Shown one piece after another: positions 62,549-64,000 of a stretch of 64,000 nucleotides of DNA. Where the stretch lies: the NCBI GenBank assembly GCA_965113315.1, contig OZ220368.1. One strand, given 5' to 3'. Positions within the stretch are counted from its first letter, which is position 1; each line of letters starts with the position of its first letter. Made by a program: the position numbers and the translations under genes. Below the pieces are notes generated by a model. The model did no database searches and was not told the DNA's origin. It saw only the letters and a program-made list of their open reading frames with translations. This DNA is from Podarcis vaucheri. Lineage: Eukaryota.

Positions 62549-63603
62549 ATGAATCCTCTCTGTTGAAAGAACATAGTTCAGTATAACTGTATGATGAAAA
62601 AGGTCATCTCAGTTCAAACCTGCCTGTGGAAGCCTTGTCCTCTAAACTGAGTAAAGTGTGTGTGTGTGTGTGTTTGTTTTTGTTTGTGTGAGAAGAGCTT
62701 GAGCATGAGGGATGGCCAGGAAGCCCACCCTGTAAGCTTATCACCATGAGGAAAAAACCTGAGGCTTAATGGTGTTTGAGAATGTCTATGCAAACTTACT
62801 TCTGTCTATCTGTTTTACCTATCTGTGATGTCTAGAACTTCCTTGATGCATTAACCTGCATGAAGGGGACTCCACTTGTTGAAGAGGTAGCAAGGCCTTT
62901 TGTTGGCCCTGTCCTCCAATATCACATGGCTCTGCAGTCCCACTCCCTGGTGTCCACACATTGAATGTGGACATATGCACCAGAGAAACCATGCATGGCT
63001 TGTATGCAGTCTGGAATCCTGTTCTTGTGGAAGCCTTTTTACAATATGTACCTATTGCTTGGCTGGGGTGTGGGAGCTGGGGAGCAGTGTGATGTTCAGG
63101 ACAAGGACAGCAGCAGAGCCTACTGTGTCTTCAAGAGATTGTGTGAGATTGCCTCTGGCAAAGCAGTGTTAGAACAGAGCAGGCAGGATTCCGAATTATT
63201 AGCTTATAGGCCAGGCATCTCCTCCACAACATGCACACACACACACACACACAGCACACACTTGTAGAAGAAACATGGACCTGTAGGCAGAGTGCAAGAG
63301 ACATGAGTGCTTCTGTTGCATGACATGCCCTTTCAATAACTACAGATCTCAGAGTCCCTTTGTTCCTGTCACATTTTCTGTGTACAGGTAATAAGAGCCT
63401 GTAGCAGCCAACTGGCAGCAGGAGGGAAGAAGCACCACCATACCAAACTGGCATTGAGGTCCCAGGGATGGTTCAAGCTAGTGCCCTGCAACTTACATGA
63501 GTGAGTAAGTTAGGTGTCTGGTTCCCAGAGTGCATAGAAGAACTGACACTTGAGCTCAAGGACTGGGAACATTGTCTAAAGGGCATTCAACAAACTTCTA
63601 ATA

Positions 63604-63642
63604 CACACCCACACCCACACCCACACACCCACACCCACACCC
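63604..63642. repeat. (CACACC)n hexamer microsatellite
   Basis: Read directly. Confidence 0.9.
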
Positions 63643-64000
63643 CTACCCCTTTCTGCCATATCAAACTATACATACAAATTAGGTAGCCAGAAACATAAAG
63701 AGGTTTAACTAAGGGAATTGAAAGAAGCTAAAGTATACTAATCCTATTTTTCAACGGTCTTTCTAAGGCAGCCACTCAGGTTCTTTACATGGCAATAGTT
63801 ACTGCTGTAGTGGCATGTCTCTTCCCCCACCTCTTTGGCAGTATGAGGGAGGGTTGTATTTTCCTATCCCCAATCTGCCATGCCTGGGATAATGGGATAC
63901 AGCAGCTCTTGAGGCAGATTTTTCCAAGGTGTCTGTCTACTCTGAGAAAACTGCATATTCTAAGGATTCTGGCATTGTTGTAAACAGCAATCCAGGCACT

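Larger units (their letters stand above)
29959..64000 (+). other. ERI3: ERI3 last intron (partial, >34 kb)
   Basis: Starts at the GTCAGT donor. The terminal exon (expected DCKNIANIMK...) was not found before the end of the window. Confidence 0.75.

Overview
This is vertebrate genomic DNA from a squamate reptile. A lacertid lizard is the most likely source, inferred from a Sauria/POM-type SINE with an (ACCTTT)n tail, a Squam3-type SINE, and squamate-type CR1, L2 and MITE fragments. The only host coding sequence I can support is one 100-nt exon on the + strand (29859-29958, AYSFAMGSWPKNGLLDMNKGLNLQHIGRPHSGI-D). I recognise it as the penultimate exon of ERI3 (PRNPIP, a DEDDh 3'-5' exoribonuclease); the ORF track misses it. 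The rest is two very long ERI3 introns; the flanking exons were not found in the window. The introns contain many transposon relics and about a dozen repeat-free blocks rich in TAAT/TGACA motifs that look like conserved non-coding enhancers. Conservation cannot be shown without alignments. The most unusual sequence-level observations are: (1) an ungapped 54-bp element present twice, 4.1 kb apart (46/54 identity), inside two enhancer-like blocks; (2) a 36-bp piece of an enhancer-like block copied into an old SINE; (3) a MITE whose core is an array of GC-rich hairpins; (4) short 5S-rRNA-derived SINEs; and (5) several candidate cryptic or poison exons. There are no prokaryotic systems, CRISPR arrays or intact RNA genes. 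Most ORFs in the track appear to be chance ORFs or TE fragments.
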